From IMG/VR virus record IMGVR_UViG_3300029953_000012, positions 1-64,000 of that record: a DNA stretch of 64,000 bases; one strand, written 5' to 3'. A program made the position numbers and the translations under genes. This document shows positions 9,145 to 18,959 of the stretch, piece by piece; within the stretch, counting starts at the first letter, position 1; each line of letters opens with the position of its first letter. The notes beneath the pieces were generated by a model. It was not told the origin of the DNA, ran no database searches, and saw nothing but the letters and a program-made list of their open reading frames with translations. The DNA is from a virus.

Positions 9145-10295
9145 GTAAAATAAAAAATGTTATCATCACTGGCGTCTCTGGTCAGGATGGTTCTTATATG
9201 TCGGACTACTTATTGGAAAATACAGACTGTAAAGTTTTTGGCATGATTCGTCGTTCATCTAAACCCGACTATTCTAATCTTCAAAAAGCACTAAAAAATC
9301 CAAGATTTGAGTTTGTAATTGGAGATTTATCCGATTCAAACTCAATTGAAAATCTTGTAAGGGAAATTCAGCCTGATTATTTTATTAATTTTGCCGCTCA
9401 GTCTTTTGTAGGTGCTAGTTGGCAAATTTCAGAACAAACTTTTGACGTTACTGCCACTGGAGTTTTAAGAATTCTTGAGTCTATTCGTAAACACACACCA
9501 CACTGCCGCTTCTATAGCGCCGGGAGTTCGGAAGAGATGGGGGACGTAATTTACTCACCACAAGATATAAATCATCCAATACGACCTCGCAGCCCCTACG
9601 CCGCCGCCAAAGCAGCCAGTCGATTTCTTACCAAGGTCTATAGAGAGTCTTATAATCTTTATGCTGTTCACTGCATTCTTTACAATCATGAATCAGAAAG
9701 ACGTGGAGAAGAGTTTGTTACCCGCAAAATAACAAAAAATGTAGCCAGAATCAAGTATGCTATCGATAATAGAATTAATTTTGGTCCACTCGAATTAGGA
9801 AACATTGATTCAAAGAGGGATTGGTCACATGCTAAAGATTTTGTAGAGGGTATTTGGCTTATGATGAATCAACCAATCCTTATTGAGACTGATGGCGTCA
9901 AGCATCAAAAAGGAACTTGCTGCGGCACAATCATTGACCACAAGCCAAAAGAATACATCCTTTCCTCTGGAGAAACCCATTCTATTAGGGAGTTTGTTGA
10001 AAAGGCTTTTAAAGTAGCAGGGATTAATGGTACTTGGATTGGCAAAGGCCAAGAAGAGGTATTTATTAGAACATTAAATTATCCTAATGCTACTTTAGGT
10101 GGTGGCTGTTTAGTGAAAATTAATCCTAAATTTTATCGTCCTGCTGAAGTTGACATTCTTTTAGGTGATTCAGCTCCCGCTCGTGAAGAATTAGGCTGGA
10201 AACCAAAGATTTCGTTTGACAAACTTGTGTCTGGTATGGTATTATCAGATATAGATGAGTTCCGAAAAGCCCAAAAAGCCGCGCAAACCCAGTAA
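9141..10295 (+). CDS. gmd: GDP-mannose 4,6-dehydratase
   Basis: ITGVSGQDGSY, AAQSFV, PRSPYAAAK, NHESERRGEEFVTRKIT, RDWSHAKD, YRPAEVD.LLGD. Confidence 0.96.
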   Translation: MSKIKNVIITGVSGQDGSYMSDYLLENTDCKVFGMIRRSSKPDYSNLQKALKNPRFEFVIGDLSDSNSIENLVREIQPDYFINFAAQSFVGASWQISEQTFDVTATGVLRILESIRKHTPHCRFYSAGSSEEMGDVIYSPQDINHPIRPRSPYAAAKAASRFLTKVYRESYNLYAVHCILYNHESERRGEEFVTRKITKNVARIKYAIDNRINFGPLELGNIDSKRDWSHAKDFVEGIWLMMNQPILIETDGVKHQKGTCCGTIIDHKPKEYILSSGETHSIREFVEKAFKVAGINGTWIGKGQEEVFIRTLNYPNATLGGGCLVKINPKFYRPAEVDILLGDSAPAREELGWKPKISFDKLVSGMVLSDIDEFRKAQKAAQTQ

Positions 10296-10656
10296 TCAAC
10301 AGGTACTGATTGGTAAATTTGTTGACCCATCATCATTTTCTAATAAGTACTTCTGGCCAAGGGAGATGAAAATGGCCAACAAACTCGTTGCGGAGTATAA
10401 TTTGGAGTTTCTCCTCTGGGTAATCCCACCATACGGCAAGAAAGTACCTTCATTGGCATATTTTATGGCTGATTATGGTAAACAATATTTAAGTGAACAA
10501 TATTTTAATTATTTAAAACAAACCACCGACCTTTCACCAAAAAACGAAAAGATTGTGCTATCTGACACTAAAATAGGAGAGGACGCGCCAATTATCAGTA
10601 GTGGGCCTAAAACATTAAAAGAATTTCTAAGTTTATTTACAAATAAAACAACATAA
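10255..10656 (+). CDS. Hypothetical protein
   Basis: 133-aa ORF overlapping the gmd end and running up to the recA-like gene. Confidence 0.75.
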   Translation: MSSEKPKKPRKPSNQQVLIGKFVDPSSFSNKYFWPREMKMANKLVAEYNLEFLLWVIPPYGKKVPSLAYFMADYGKQYLSEQYFNYLKQTTDLSPKNEKIVLSDTKIGEDAPIISSGPKTLKEFLSLFTNKTT

Positions 10657-10660
10657 AATT

Positions 10661-11821
10661 ATGGCAAAAAAAGAAAAAGAAGAGTTTATTGATTCCGTAA
10701 AAATTGCAGCAGAGAACTTTTTTAAGGCAAATAAAGATAATATTTATAGCCCCGACCAAGTATCAGAACCATTTACCGTCTCTACTGGCGTAATTGGACT
10801 TGATACTATGCTGGGAGGAGGCGTCCCTAGTGGTATTTTATGTCGTTTACTTGGGCCTCCTTCTACCGGAAAATCGTCCGAAGGTCTTTTGATTATAAAG
10901 AATTTCTTGGAAACTCGCAAGAAATCTCGTGGTTTGATTATACCTACTGAAGCTCGTCTTACCGAAAAACTTCAAAATCGTTCTGGCGTAAAATTTGTTC
11001 ATAGTCCAGAGGAATGGGTTAATGGAACCTGTTTGATTTTGCCAATGAATATTTACGAAAAAATTGCTAATTTTATTTGGACTTTGGTAAAAACCAATGA
11101 ACTTCATAAAAAAGAAGATAGAGAAAATTTTATTATCATGATTGATTGTATGGACTATTTAGTTCTTGCAGATGATATGAAAAAAGAACTAGGCGAATCT
11201 AATAAAGTAGCTGGTCCTCAATATTTAACCAAAATGATGTGGACAAAAATAGCTCTTCCTTTTAACGCTGGACAACATATTTTATTGGCTACTTCTCAAC
11301 AAAGTGCCGCTCCTAAGATAGACAAATATGCAAAAGACCCGCTTCGTCAAGGTGGTTCTAGTGGTGGTACGAATGTCCAGTATCAAGCTTCTTTGGTGTT
11401 AGATTTTAGTTTGCGTTATGAAGGAGACTATATTCTTGCTGATGAAAATCTTGAAAAATATGACGAAAAGAAAAACCCAAAAATTGGTCATATTGTTAAG
11501 GGATTTATTCGTAAATCTGACAATGAAAAGTATGATGCAAAATTTGAATATGCCGTAAAATATGGACGTAATAATGGTAACAGTATTTGGGTCGAAAAAG
11601 ATGTGCTTGACCAATTACTTACTTGGGGTCTCTTAAAAAGAGAGGGTAACAAGGAAAAAGGTTCTTTATTATTTGATGAATCCTTAATAAAAGAATTAGA
11701 ATCTATAGATAAAGACATTCCTAATAAATTCAGAGGAATAAATGCTGCTTTGAAATATTTAGAATCAAACGCTGCTATTACCAACTTTTTAAATGAAAAG
11801 CTAAAAGCTAGTCTTTGCTAA
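10661..11821 (+). CDS. recA: RecA/UvsX-like recombinase
   Basis: STGVIGLDTMLGGGVPSG, Walker A GPPSTGKS, SGGTNVQYQAS. Confidence 0.85.
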   Translation: MAKKEKEEFIDSVKIAAENFFKANKDNIYSPDQVSEPFTVSTGVIGLDTMLGGGVPSGILCRLLGPPSTGKSSEGLLIIKNFLETRKKSRGLIIPTEARLTEKLQNRSGVKFVHSPEEWVNGTCLILPMNIYEKIANFIWTLVKTNELHKKEDRENFIIMIDCMDYLVLADDMKKELGESNKVAGPQYLTKMMWTKIALPFNAGQHILLATSQQSAAPKIDKYAKDPLRQGGSSGGTNVQYQASLVLDFSLRYEGDYILADENLEKYDEKKNPKIGHIVKGFIRKSDNEKYDAKFEYAVKYGRNNGNSIWVEKDVLDQLLTWGLLKREGNKEKGSLLFDESLIKELESIDKDIPNKFRGINAALKYLESNAAITNFLNEKLKASLC

Positions 11822-12237
11822 TGAGACTTTATGATGTAAATGGCCGACTTGTTAATAGAAATGTTAGCAAGTATTCGATAAAATGGGACGGCAAGTGTCG
11901 TTCTAATATACAATTTACTGTAAAGAAATTTCTGCGTCCTTACTGGGAGCCACACATTATGTTCGAAGAGTTTCCGGTATTTGGCACCAAATTAAAGGTA
12001 GATATCTTAAATTTGACCATGAAAATAGCCATTGAAGTTAATGGCAATCAACACGAATCTTATAATTCTTTTTTTCATAAAGGTAATCCGGCTAATTTCT
12101 TAAAAGGATTTAAGAATGATGATAAAAAAATAAAATGGCTGGAATTAAATGGATTCAAAGTAATAGAAATATACGAAAATGAAGTCCCACACCTATCCCG
12201 CGAATTCTTCAAAGAGAAATTTGACATTACACTTTAA
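11815..12237 (+). CDS. Vsr/DUF559-like endonuclease
   Basis: EEFPV..LKVD...KIAIEVNG.QH...D.KK..W...NG.K.IEI. Confidence 0.7.
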   Translation: MLMRLYDVNGRLVNRNVSKYSIKWDGKCRSNIQFTVKKFLRPYWEPHIMFEEFPVFGTKLKVDILNLTMKIAIEVNGNQHESYNSFFHKGNPANFLKGFKNDDKKIKWLELNGFKVIEIYENEVPHLSREFFKEKFDITL

Positions 12238-12314
12238 TTTTTTTTATATAAAAAATATTATTTAATAAGTGATTAAATATCCCTTATAATAAAGAAGGTG
12301 TAATTATGCTTAAG

Positions 12315-12608
12315 ATGTCAAACACAAAAAAAATTGAACCATCAGATGGCACGATACCATTACCTGTTATTAATCAACTTAATGAACATACTGCCGGTGG
12401 ATTTATATTATTTTATTTTAATAGCAAGGATGGAACCCCAGAAGAATTTATTACATTCGATTCTCCCGCTCATTGTTTAGCCCTTGAACAACATGTAGGA
12501 AACTGGTCTACAGCCATCAAAGAAATAAATATTGATATGGAAAAACACCATATTATAAGTTCCTGTCAATCTGAAAAAAAACAAGATGGTGAAGGTCAGG
12601 AAGTTTAA
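12315..12608 (+). CDS. Hypothetical protein (start moved from 12306 to 12315, downstream of the late-promoter motif)
   Basis: ORF track; GTGTAATTA at 12298-12306 overlaps the first ATG. Confidence 0.65.
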   Translation: MSNTKKIEPSDGTIPLPVINQLNEHTAGGFILFYFNSKDGTPEEFITFDSPAHCLALEQHVGNWSTAIKEINIDMEKHHIISSCQSEKKQDGEGQEV

Positions 12609-12610
12609 TC

Positions 12611-12639
12611 TTGACATTTTTGGAAGTATTAGGCATACT
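12611..12639 (+). promoter_or_regulatory. Sigma70-type promoter for dnaB
   Basis: TTGACA-17 nt-CATACT, followed by AAGGAAT-ATG. Confidence 0.7.
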
Positions 12640-12649
12640 ATAAAGGAAT

Positions 12650-15127
12650 ATGCCCTTACAATCTCTTCAAATAGAAAAACATGTTATAGGTGGTCTAATA
12701 AATAATCAAGACGTAATCGCTGAAATTGATGGATTCGTTAAGGGAAATGACTTCGTTGCACAGCCTCATTCGACTATTTTTAATATTTTAGTTTCTTCTT
12801 ATCTTGCAAAAGAGACTATTGACAAGGTTATTCTTGCTCAAAAGATTAAAAATTTAGGTATTTCATTTAAAGATAACATAAATATTTATGATTATATTGA
12901 AAGTATTTCGTTTGCTCCTATTACTAAAGAAGCTACAATTCGAGCCTGTAAAGAGTTAGTTAGGTACCGAGTTCTTAGAGATATTGATTCTACTCTTTCT
13001 GTTATGAAAGAGAAGATAAATAATAGCGGTAATGATGATTTAACCGAAACCATTTCTTCTATTGACGCTGTATATGGCCACAGAATGAATGCTTTCGAGG
13101 CCACAGACGAACCAAAAATTCTTTTTGAGGGATTTTATGATGAAGTAGAAGAACGAGGTAATAATCCAGTTAATGAAACTGGTCTAGCTACTCCATATGC
13201 GGAATTCAATCGTTTTTATGGAGGTTTTAGAAGGAAAAATCTTTATATTATAGCTGCTAGGGCCAAGGCTGGCAAAGCCCTTGAAGAAAATACTCCAATC
13301 CCAACTCCGAAAGGATTTACAAAAATAAAAGACCTTGTTATTGGAGATGAAGTGTTTGCTGTTGATGGCAGTATTACTACAGTTACAAACATAGCGAAAT
13401 GGAATAATAGAAATTTATTTAAAGTAAATACTTGTGATAATCAACATGTAATTTGCGATGAAGAACACGAGTGGACTATCAAAAAACGAGTTGATTATAA
13501 ATGGGAAACAATAAACACAAAATTATTATATCAATACAACAAATCACAAGAAAATAAAAAACGTCCACAAACTCCATCTTTACCTATTTCTGGTGCATTA
13601 CGTCTTCCAGAAATATCTTTACCAATTGACCCATATATTTTAGGTATATGGTTGGGAGACGGAACTTCTGCTACAACACATATTACGACATCCGACAAAT
13701 TTATTGTAAATAAATTAAAGGAATTTGCTGTAAAAAATAATTTAACCGTTAAAAATCCAGAAAAATATAAATATACTCTATCAAATAATTGGAAGGGAAA
13801 TGTTTTTCTTGATAATCTTAAAAATCTTAATTTAATAAACAACAAACATATCCCTAGTATCTATCTAAGGGCATCCATCGACCAAAGAAAATCCCTGCTT
13901 CAAGGGCTAATTGATAGCGATGGATGTACCTCTAAAAGAAATGGCAGAGTAGAATTCTGTAATAAAAATGAAATATTATCCATTCAAACACTAGAATTAG
14001 TACATTCTATTGGTATTAAGGCTTCTATGCGAGCCAATAAATCCTCTTTATATGGAAAGGATTGTGGAATACGATATAGAATATGTTTCTTTTATAATGA
14101 AGCGTGTCTTTTACCCAGAAAAAAGATTAATTTTTCAAAAAGGAAAGAAAAATTTTCTAATAGACACATAAAGGCGGTTCCTTATGGTACCGGAAATACC
14201 GTATGTATTGAAATTAAACATAACTCTCATTTGTATCTATGCGGAAACGCCATGATTCCTACCCATAATAGTACTCTCTTAGCCGAAATGGGATGTGAAA
14301 TGAGTCGTATTCATGATTGTCCTGTTTTAATATTAGATACAGAAATGTCCCGTGAAGAAGTAAAGTATCGTTCTGGTGCAGCCAAATCAGAAGTCCCACT
14401 CTGGTATCTTAAAACTGGAAATTGGCGTAAGAATCCAGAGTATGTCAGAAAAGTCAGAGAAGGGTCGGTTAAGGGTCTGCATAATAAATACCCCAAAGTA
14501 TATCACATGTCGGTTGGTAATAAGTCTATTGAAGAAATAGCCTCTATCTGCCGCCGTTGGTACTTGAGAATAGTTGGTCGTGGCAAAGATTGCTTGGTTA
14601 TTTATGACTATGTAAAAATGGTAGGTAATGACGAAAGACAGCGTAAGGAATATCAGGAAATGGGCGATAAAGTTGATTTCTTAAAGAAGTTGGCTGAAGA
14701 ATTAGATTTGCCTATTGTAACTGCATGTCAAAATAATAGAGAGGGTGTGGTCGGTGGTCGTGAAGCCTCAGAAATCTCTGATGACGAAAGGTCAATTGGT
14801 ATTTCCGACCGTATTACCCATTTCGCTTCTGGTGTGTGGATTTTCAGAAGAAGAACTCCAGAAGAAATTATTCTAGACACAGTGGAAAGTGGAACTCACA
14901 AATTAATTGAAGTAGTCTGTCGCGAACAAGGAAAGGATGCGGCTGGACACCAAGATAATATTAGACGAGTTTTTCCTGATGATAAAGTGAAATATGTTAA
15001 GAATTTCATTAATTTCAATATCAATAACTTTAGCGTTGAAGAGAGAGGGTCATTGTTAGATTCTATAGCTAGACAAAATGCCCAGTTTCGAGTAGCCAAT
15101 CCCGAACCCGCCGAATTAACCTTATGA
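12650..15127 (+). CDS. dnaB: Replicative DNA helicase DnaB containing an intein
   Basis: DnaB N-terminus, Walker A ARAKAGK|S split by the intein, LDTEM, IYDY, ACQNNR. Confidence 0.92.
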   Translation: MPLQSLQIEKHVIGGLINNQDVIAEIDGFVKGNDFVAQPHSTIFNILVSSYLAKETIDKVILAQKIKNLGISFKDNINIYDYIESISFAPITKEATIRACKELVRYRVLRDIDSTLSVMKEKINNSGNDDLTETISSIDAVYGHRMNAFEATDEPKILFEGFYDEVEERGNNPVNETGLATPYAEFNRFYGGFRRKNLYIIAARAKAGKALEENTPIPTPKGFTKIKDLVIGDEVFAVDGSITTVTNIAKWNNRNLFKVNTCDNQHVICDEEHEWTIKKRVDYKWETINTKLLYQYNKSQENKKRPQTPSLPISGALRLPEISLPIDPYILGIWLGDGTSATTHITTSDKFIVNKLKEFAVKNNLTVKNPEKYKYTLSNNWKGNVFLDNLKNLNLINNKHIPSIYLRASIDQRKSLLQGLIDSDGCTSKRNGRVEFCNKNEILSIQTLELVHSIGIKASMRANKSSLYGKDCGIRYRICFFYNEACLLPRKKINFSKRKEKFSNRHIKAVPYGTGNTVCIEIKHNSHLYLCGNAMIPTHNSTLLAEMGCEMSRIHDCPVLILDTEMSREEVKYRSGAAKSEVPLWYLKTGNWRKNPEYVRKVREGSVKGLHNKYPKVYHMSVGNKSIEEIASICRRWYLRIVGRGKDCLVIYDYVKMVGNDERQRKEYQEMGDKVDFLKKLAEELDLPIVTACQNNREGVVGGREASEISDDERSIGISDRITHFASGVWIFRRRTPEEIILDTVESGTHKLIEVVCREQGKDAAGHQDNIRRVFPDDKVKYVKNFINFNINNFSVEERGSLLDSIARQNAQFRVANPEPAELTL
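13277..14269 (+). mobile_element. Class 3 intein (Ala1) with a LAGLIDADG endonuclease, 331 aa
   Basis: Starts ALEENTPIPT, block B CDEEHEW, LAGLIDADG motifs LGIWLGDG and LQGLIDSDG, block F TVCIEI, ends IPTHN/S. Confidence 0.9.
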
Positions 15128-16023
15128 GTGTTTTAGAAGTATTAAATAACATTGGTTACGTCCAACTTAATGACTTCGGTCTTCATTGGCGTTGCGACCC
15201 CTTGTACCGTCAGTGTCGCAGTCGTAATTCTTTAGCCATTAAAAAAGACACCGGACAGTGGTTTGACCATTCAGAACGTATTGGAGGTAGTCTCGCCCAG
15301 TTAATTCAGACTACTCTTAATTTGCCTTCAATTGAAGCCACTAAACAATATTTGGGAGACTTACCTATTACCGTAGATACCAGAGAGTTGGTTGAACTTA
15401 GTGATATAAAGAAGTTCCCAATAGATATCTTAGTAAAACTCCAAAAAGACAACTCTTATTGGCGTTCTCGTGGTATTAGTGATGCTACCTTAGACCTATT
15501 TAAAGGTGGAGTGGTTAATACCAAAGGAAGGATGATAGGAAGATATGTCTTTCCTATTTTTGACGAACGAAAAGACCTCATAGGTTTTGCAGGAAGATTA
15601 CTCTATAAAAGTGATACGGCTCCTAAATGGAAGTTATTGGGTCAGAAAAAGAACTTTATTTTTCCATTAGATAATGATTCCGATATTCGCAAACAGAATT
15701 CCGTTATTCTAGTTGAATCCATTGGAGATTGTTTAAAAATTATGGATTGTGGAATTTTTAATGTCTTAGTTACCTTTGGAGTTAGTCTTAGTACCAAAGT
15801 TATTCAACATCTTTTAAAACTCGACGTGGGGAAGATACTTATATCTCTTAATAATGACGAAGACGCGGGATTTGTCGGAAATCAGGCTTCAGAAGAATAT
15901 AGGGCTGAATTACATAAATATTTTGATGCAAACCAAATCATTGTAGCACTGCCTACAGCCAAAGATTTCGGAGAGATGTCCTGCGAAGAAATTAAAGTCT
16001 GGAAGGAAAAGTATTTGGCATGA
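15124..16023 (+). CDS. dnaG: DNA primase (DnaG-like, Toprim)
   Basis: RYVFPI.....IGFAGR......PKW, ILVES..D, LNND, KDFGEM. Confidence 0.85.
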   Translation: MSVLEVLNNIGYVQLNDFGLHWRCDPLYRQCRSRNSLAIKKDTGQWFDHSERIGGSLAQLIQTTLNLPSIEATKQYLGDLPITVDTRELVELSDIKKFPIDILVKLQKDNSYWRSRGISDATLDLFKGGVVNTKGRMIGRYVFPIFDERKDLIGFAGRLLYKSDTAPKWKLLGQKKNFIFPLDNDSDIRKQNSVILVESIGDCLKIMDCGIFNVLVTFGVSLSTKVIQHLLKLDVGKILISLNNDEDAGFVGNQASEEYRAELHKYFDANQIIVALPTAKDFGEMSCEEIKVWKEKYLA

Positions 16024-17093
16024 AAATAGAAACAGATGCAACATTTTACAAGTCTGACGAAATTTTCCAGAGAAGTTCGGCTTTAAAGACGTTTGACTCC
16101 TGTAGTTGGTCATACTACTGCAATTACGTCCTTAAATTGCCTCATATGGATAATCAGGGGGCATTAATGGGTAATTGTTGTCATTCATTCTTTGAATGTA
16201 TGTTGCATCCAAGGCACAAGAAGTCATTTAAGCCAATAATTAGGGAGGAAACCGTTTGCGCCGTTCCAGCCGCAGAAAGATACGTAAGGAAATTAATAAT
16301 TAAAAATAAGCTCCCCCAAACCGATACCATCTTTAATAAGATAAATGCAATGATACTTGTGGGTTTAAAGACTGATTTTTATGTAAAAGGTGGTAAAATA
16401 GTAGGAAACGAATTTAGATTTAAATGGAAAAATGAATCTCCTAGATATTCTATTTATGGTACAATTGATAAGGTTTCGCTTATTGAGAAGGGAAAAATTG
16501 TTCAAATTGATGATTTTAAGTCTTCTAAGATGAAATATTCAGGTGAAGATAAAGATTCTGGCGTCCAAGCTCTTCTATATTCATTAGCTTGCAAAAAACT
16601 ATGGCCCGAATATAAACCAAAAGTTAGGTTCTTTTTCTTGCAGTTTCCTGAAGACCCAATTCAATATGCTGAATTTAGTGATGATGTTTTAAAAGGATTC
16701 GAATATTATCTAGAAAATACTCAAAAAAAGTTCGAACAATTTACCGAACGAGACGCTTATTTAAATTTCGCAGCCGACCAAGGTATGCCTTCAGATGGCT
16801 CATTCGGCGGTAAATTGTCTTGTGGATTTGCAAAAAAACCCGGCCAATTAAAGAAAGATGGGACTTCAATGTACCACTGTCCGTTTAAATTTAAATACAA
16901 TTACTATGTTTTGGTTAGAGATGGAAAAGATATCAAATCTTCATTAAAAAAAGAAGAACTAATTCCTCAAGATGAAGAAACGATAGAAACTAGGTATTAC
17001 GATGGCTGTCCGCGTTTTAGGGACAAATTAGATAGTATGACTGCCCCCAAAATAATTAGACCAGTACAGGTGTGTTTGTTGGACGACTTCTAA
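16020..17093 (+). CDS. PD-(D/E)XK nuclease (RecB/Cas4-like)
   Basis: SALKTFDSC, G...H...E, GTIDK, IDDFKS, Q...Y. Confidence 0.85.
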   Translation: MKIETDATFYKSDEIFQRSSALKTFDSCSWSYYCNYVLKLPHMDNQGALMGNCCHSFFECMLHPRHKKSFKPIIREETVCAVPAAERYVRKLIIKNKLPQTDTIFNKINAMILVGLKTDFYVKGGKIVGNEFRFKWKNESPRYSIYGTIDKVSLIEKGKIVQIDDFKSSKMKYSGEDKDSGVQALLYSLACKKLWPEYKPKVRFFFLQFPEDPIQYAEFSDDVLKGFEYYLENTQKKFEQFTERDAYLNFAADQGMPSDGSFGGKLSCGFAKKPGQLKKDGTSMYHCPFKFKYNYYVLVRDGKDIKSSLKKEELIPQDEETIETRYYDGCPRFRDKLDSMTAPKIIRPVQVCLLDDF

Positions 17094-17115
17094 TTGGGTT
17101 TTGAGAAATAAAAAC

Positions 17116-17144
17116 TTGACAATTAAAGAAAAAACCTTTACTAT
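17116..17144 (+). promoter_or_regulatory. Sigma70-type promoter
   Basis: TTGACA-17 nt-TACTAT. Confidence 0.65.
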
Positions 17145-17156
17145 ATAGAGAATGAT

Positions 17157-17915
17157 ATGCAAAAGATTGCTCTATACAAATCCCATTATAGCCTCGGAAA
17201 ATCAATTTTAACTCTCAACAAACCAGTCGGGGATATCGAGAAGCATCCAGTCTCAATTATCGACCTTGTTGTGCATTCTAAGCAAGATAGTTTGACGTTA
17301 GTAGAGAATAATATGACTAGTTTCTTGGAGGCTAGTTCTCGTTGTCAAGAAAAGAAAATAAAACTCATTTATGGATTGAGACTTGAATTCACGCAGGACA
17401 TCTCTGCTCAGGACGAGGCTTCGCTTAAAAAGCGGGCAAAATACATAATATTTGCCAAAAATAATTTGGGGTACAAGGCTCTCATAAAAATTTGGAGCAC
17501 AGCCGCAAAAGAAGGATTCTACTACAATAGCTGTATCGATTTCAAAAATCTAAAGCGTTTTTGGTGTGAAGGTTTAGTGCTTGTGGTGCCATTTTATGAT
17601 TCCTTCCTGCATCTTAATTCTCTGGAAGGACACTCTCATGTGCCAGAATTTGATGGTATAAAGCCCATACTCTTTTTAGAAGATAACCAACTTCCATTTG
17701 ACCCACTACTGCGTTCTAAAGCATTATTCTATGCGGAACAGAATGGATTGGATACGCTAGAAGTACAGAGTATTTTTTACAAATCTAAACTTGACTTTAT
17801 TGCTTACAATACCTTCCGCTGTATTAGCGATAGAACTAATATAGAGAAACCCGAGCTAAACAATTTTGGTAGCGATTTATTCTCCTATGATAGATGGTTA
17901 CAAAATAATTTATGA
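17157..17915 (+). CDS. Stand-alone PHP domain of DNA polymerase III alpha
   Basis: KSHYSLGKS, IKLIYGL, IFAKNNLGYKALIKIWS match the DnaE N-terminal PHP pattern with degenerate metal ligands. Confidence 0.8.
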   Translation: MQKIALYKSHYSLGKSILTLNKPVGDIEKHPVSIIDLVVHSKQDSLTLVENNMTSFLEASSRCQEKKIKLIYGLRLEFTQDISAQDEASLKKRAKYIIFAKNNLGYKALIKIWSTAAKEGFYYNSCIDFKNLKRFWCEGLVLVVPFYDSFLHLNSLEGHSHVPEFDGIKPILFLEDNQLPFDPLLRSKALFYAEQNGLDTLEVQSIFYKSKLDFIAYNTFRCISDRTNIEKPELNNFGSDLFSYDRWLQNNL

Positions 17916-18418
17916 ACAAAACTTTAAAATTAAATCTGGGGTGCGGAAAAGACATCAAAGAGAATTATATCAATGTTGACGATAATTCCATGTGGCCAGA
18001 TAAATTACCCGCCAATGTTGTACCACATAATCTTAGCGTTTTTCCTTGGCCATTCAAAGATTACAGTTCCGAAGAAATCTATATGAGTCACGTACTAGAA
18101 CATCTTCCAGACACCACTCGCACTTTAAAGGAAATTAAACGAATCCTAAAAATAGGAGGAATATTTTGGGGAGTAGTTCCCGTAGGTAATTCTTTAAACG
18201 GCCAAACTCATTGGCAACATTGTCGTTATTTTAACAAGTGGTCTTTCTGTGATATATCAAAAGATTTTGGTATGGAATTAATTTATTCTAAATTTGATGT
18301 CTTGCACGATACCACATTTAAACGAATTAGGAATTTAGTTCCTTTTAAAGAAGTTCTCTACAAAGCAGGATGGAATAATGCTTATGATTTGGTTCATTTT
18401 AAACTAAAGAAAATATGA
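17912..18418 (+). CDS. Methyltransferase type 11-like
   Basis: KLNLGCG, YINVD, PWPF.D, SHVLEHL, EIKRILK.GG. Confidence 0.85.
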   Translation: MNKTLKLNLGCGKDIKENYINVDDNSMWPDKLPANVVPHNLSVFPWPFKDYSSEEIYMSHVLEHLPDTTRTLKEIKRILKIGGIFWGVVPVGNSLNGQTHWQHCRYFNKWSFCDISKDFGMELIYSKFDVLHDTTFKRIRNLVPFKEVLYKAGWNNAYDLVHFKLKKI

Positions 18419-18525
18419 AGGCATTTAAAGAAGAAAAAAATGCTGTTATTTTTACGATTACTTTTATAATAGTAATTTTTACAATTATCCGATTACTTGG
18501 ACTATATGCCTCTTATCATTTATGA
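18415..18525 (+). CDS. 36-aa single-transmembrane protein (not in the ORF track)
   Basis: MKAFKEEKNAVIFTITFIIVIFTIIRLLGLYASYHL; ATGA overlaps at both ends. Confidence 0.65.
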   Translation: MKAFKEEKNAVIFTITFIIVIFTIIRLLGLYASYHL

Positions 18526-18959
18526 AAACTCATTATACTCTTGGTTTCTTATTTAGCAATGATTTTAAAAAGGTGGTGCTCATTAAGAAAAAGCGTCCAA
18601 CTTGGCAAGCTGGACGACTTAATGGTGTCGGAGGACATATGGAAGAAGGAGAACGTCCTGAATTTTGTATGTATCGAGAATTCCATGAGGAAATTTGGTA
18701 TAATTATCTTTCCGCTCCTACGTGGAAAGAATACGCTAGATTAGAGGCAGAAGATTTCGTTGTTGACTGTTTTGCGACCACTGGTCAGGTAGATGCATGT
18801 AATGCTAGAACCGACGAAGAAATAGTAATTATAGATACCGAATTAATTCATTCCATGAGGATTTATGACATGGTAGAAAATGTACCTTGGTTGGTTTCAA
18901 TGGCAATAGATTTTCTTAAGGACGGACGCCCTTCATTTGCAACAATAAAATATGAGTAA
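18522..18959 (+). CDS. NUDIX hydrolase (MutT-like)
   Basis: Nudix box GGHMEEGERPEFCMYREFHEE. Confidence 0.9.
   Translation: MKTHYTLGFLFSNDFKKVVLIKKKRPTWQAGRLNGVGGHMEEGERPEFCMYREFHEEIWYNYLSAPTWKEYARLEAEDFVVDCFATTGQVDACNARTDEEIVIIDTELIHSMRIYDMVENVPWLVSMAIDFLKDGRPSFATIKYE

Noticed and set aside
12238-12260. AT-only palindrome (TTTTTTATATAAAAAA) as a replication origin
   Set aside because: Low complexity in an AT-rich genome, with no iterons or other support.
16020-17093. Cas4 implying a CRISPR system
   Set aside because: No repeat-spacer array or other cas genes; the context is a replication operon, typical for phage PD-(D/E)XK exonucleases.
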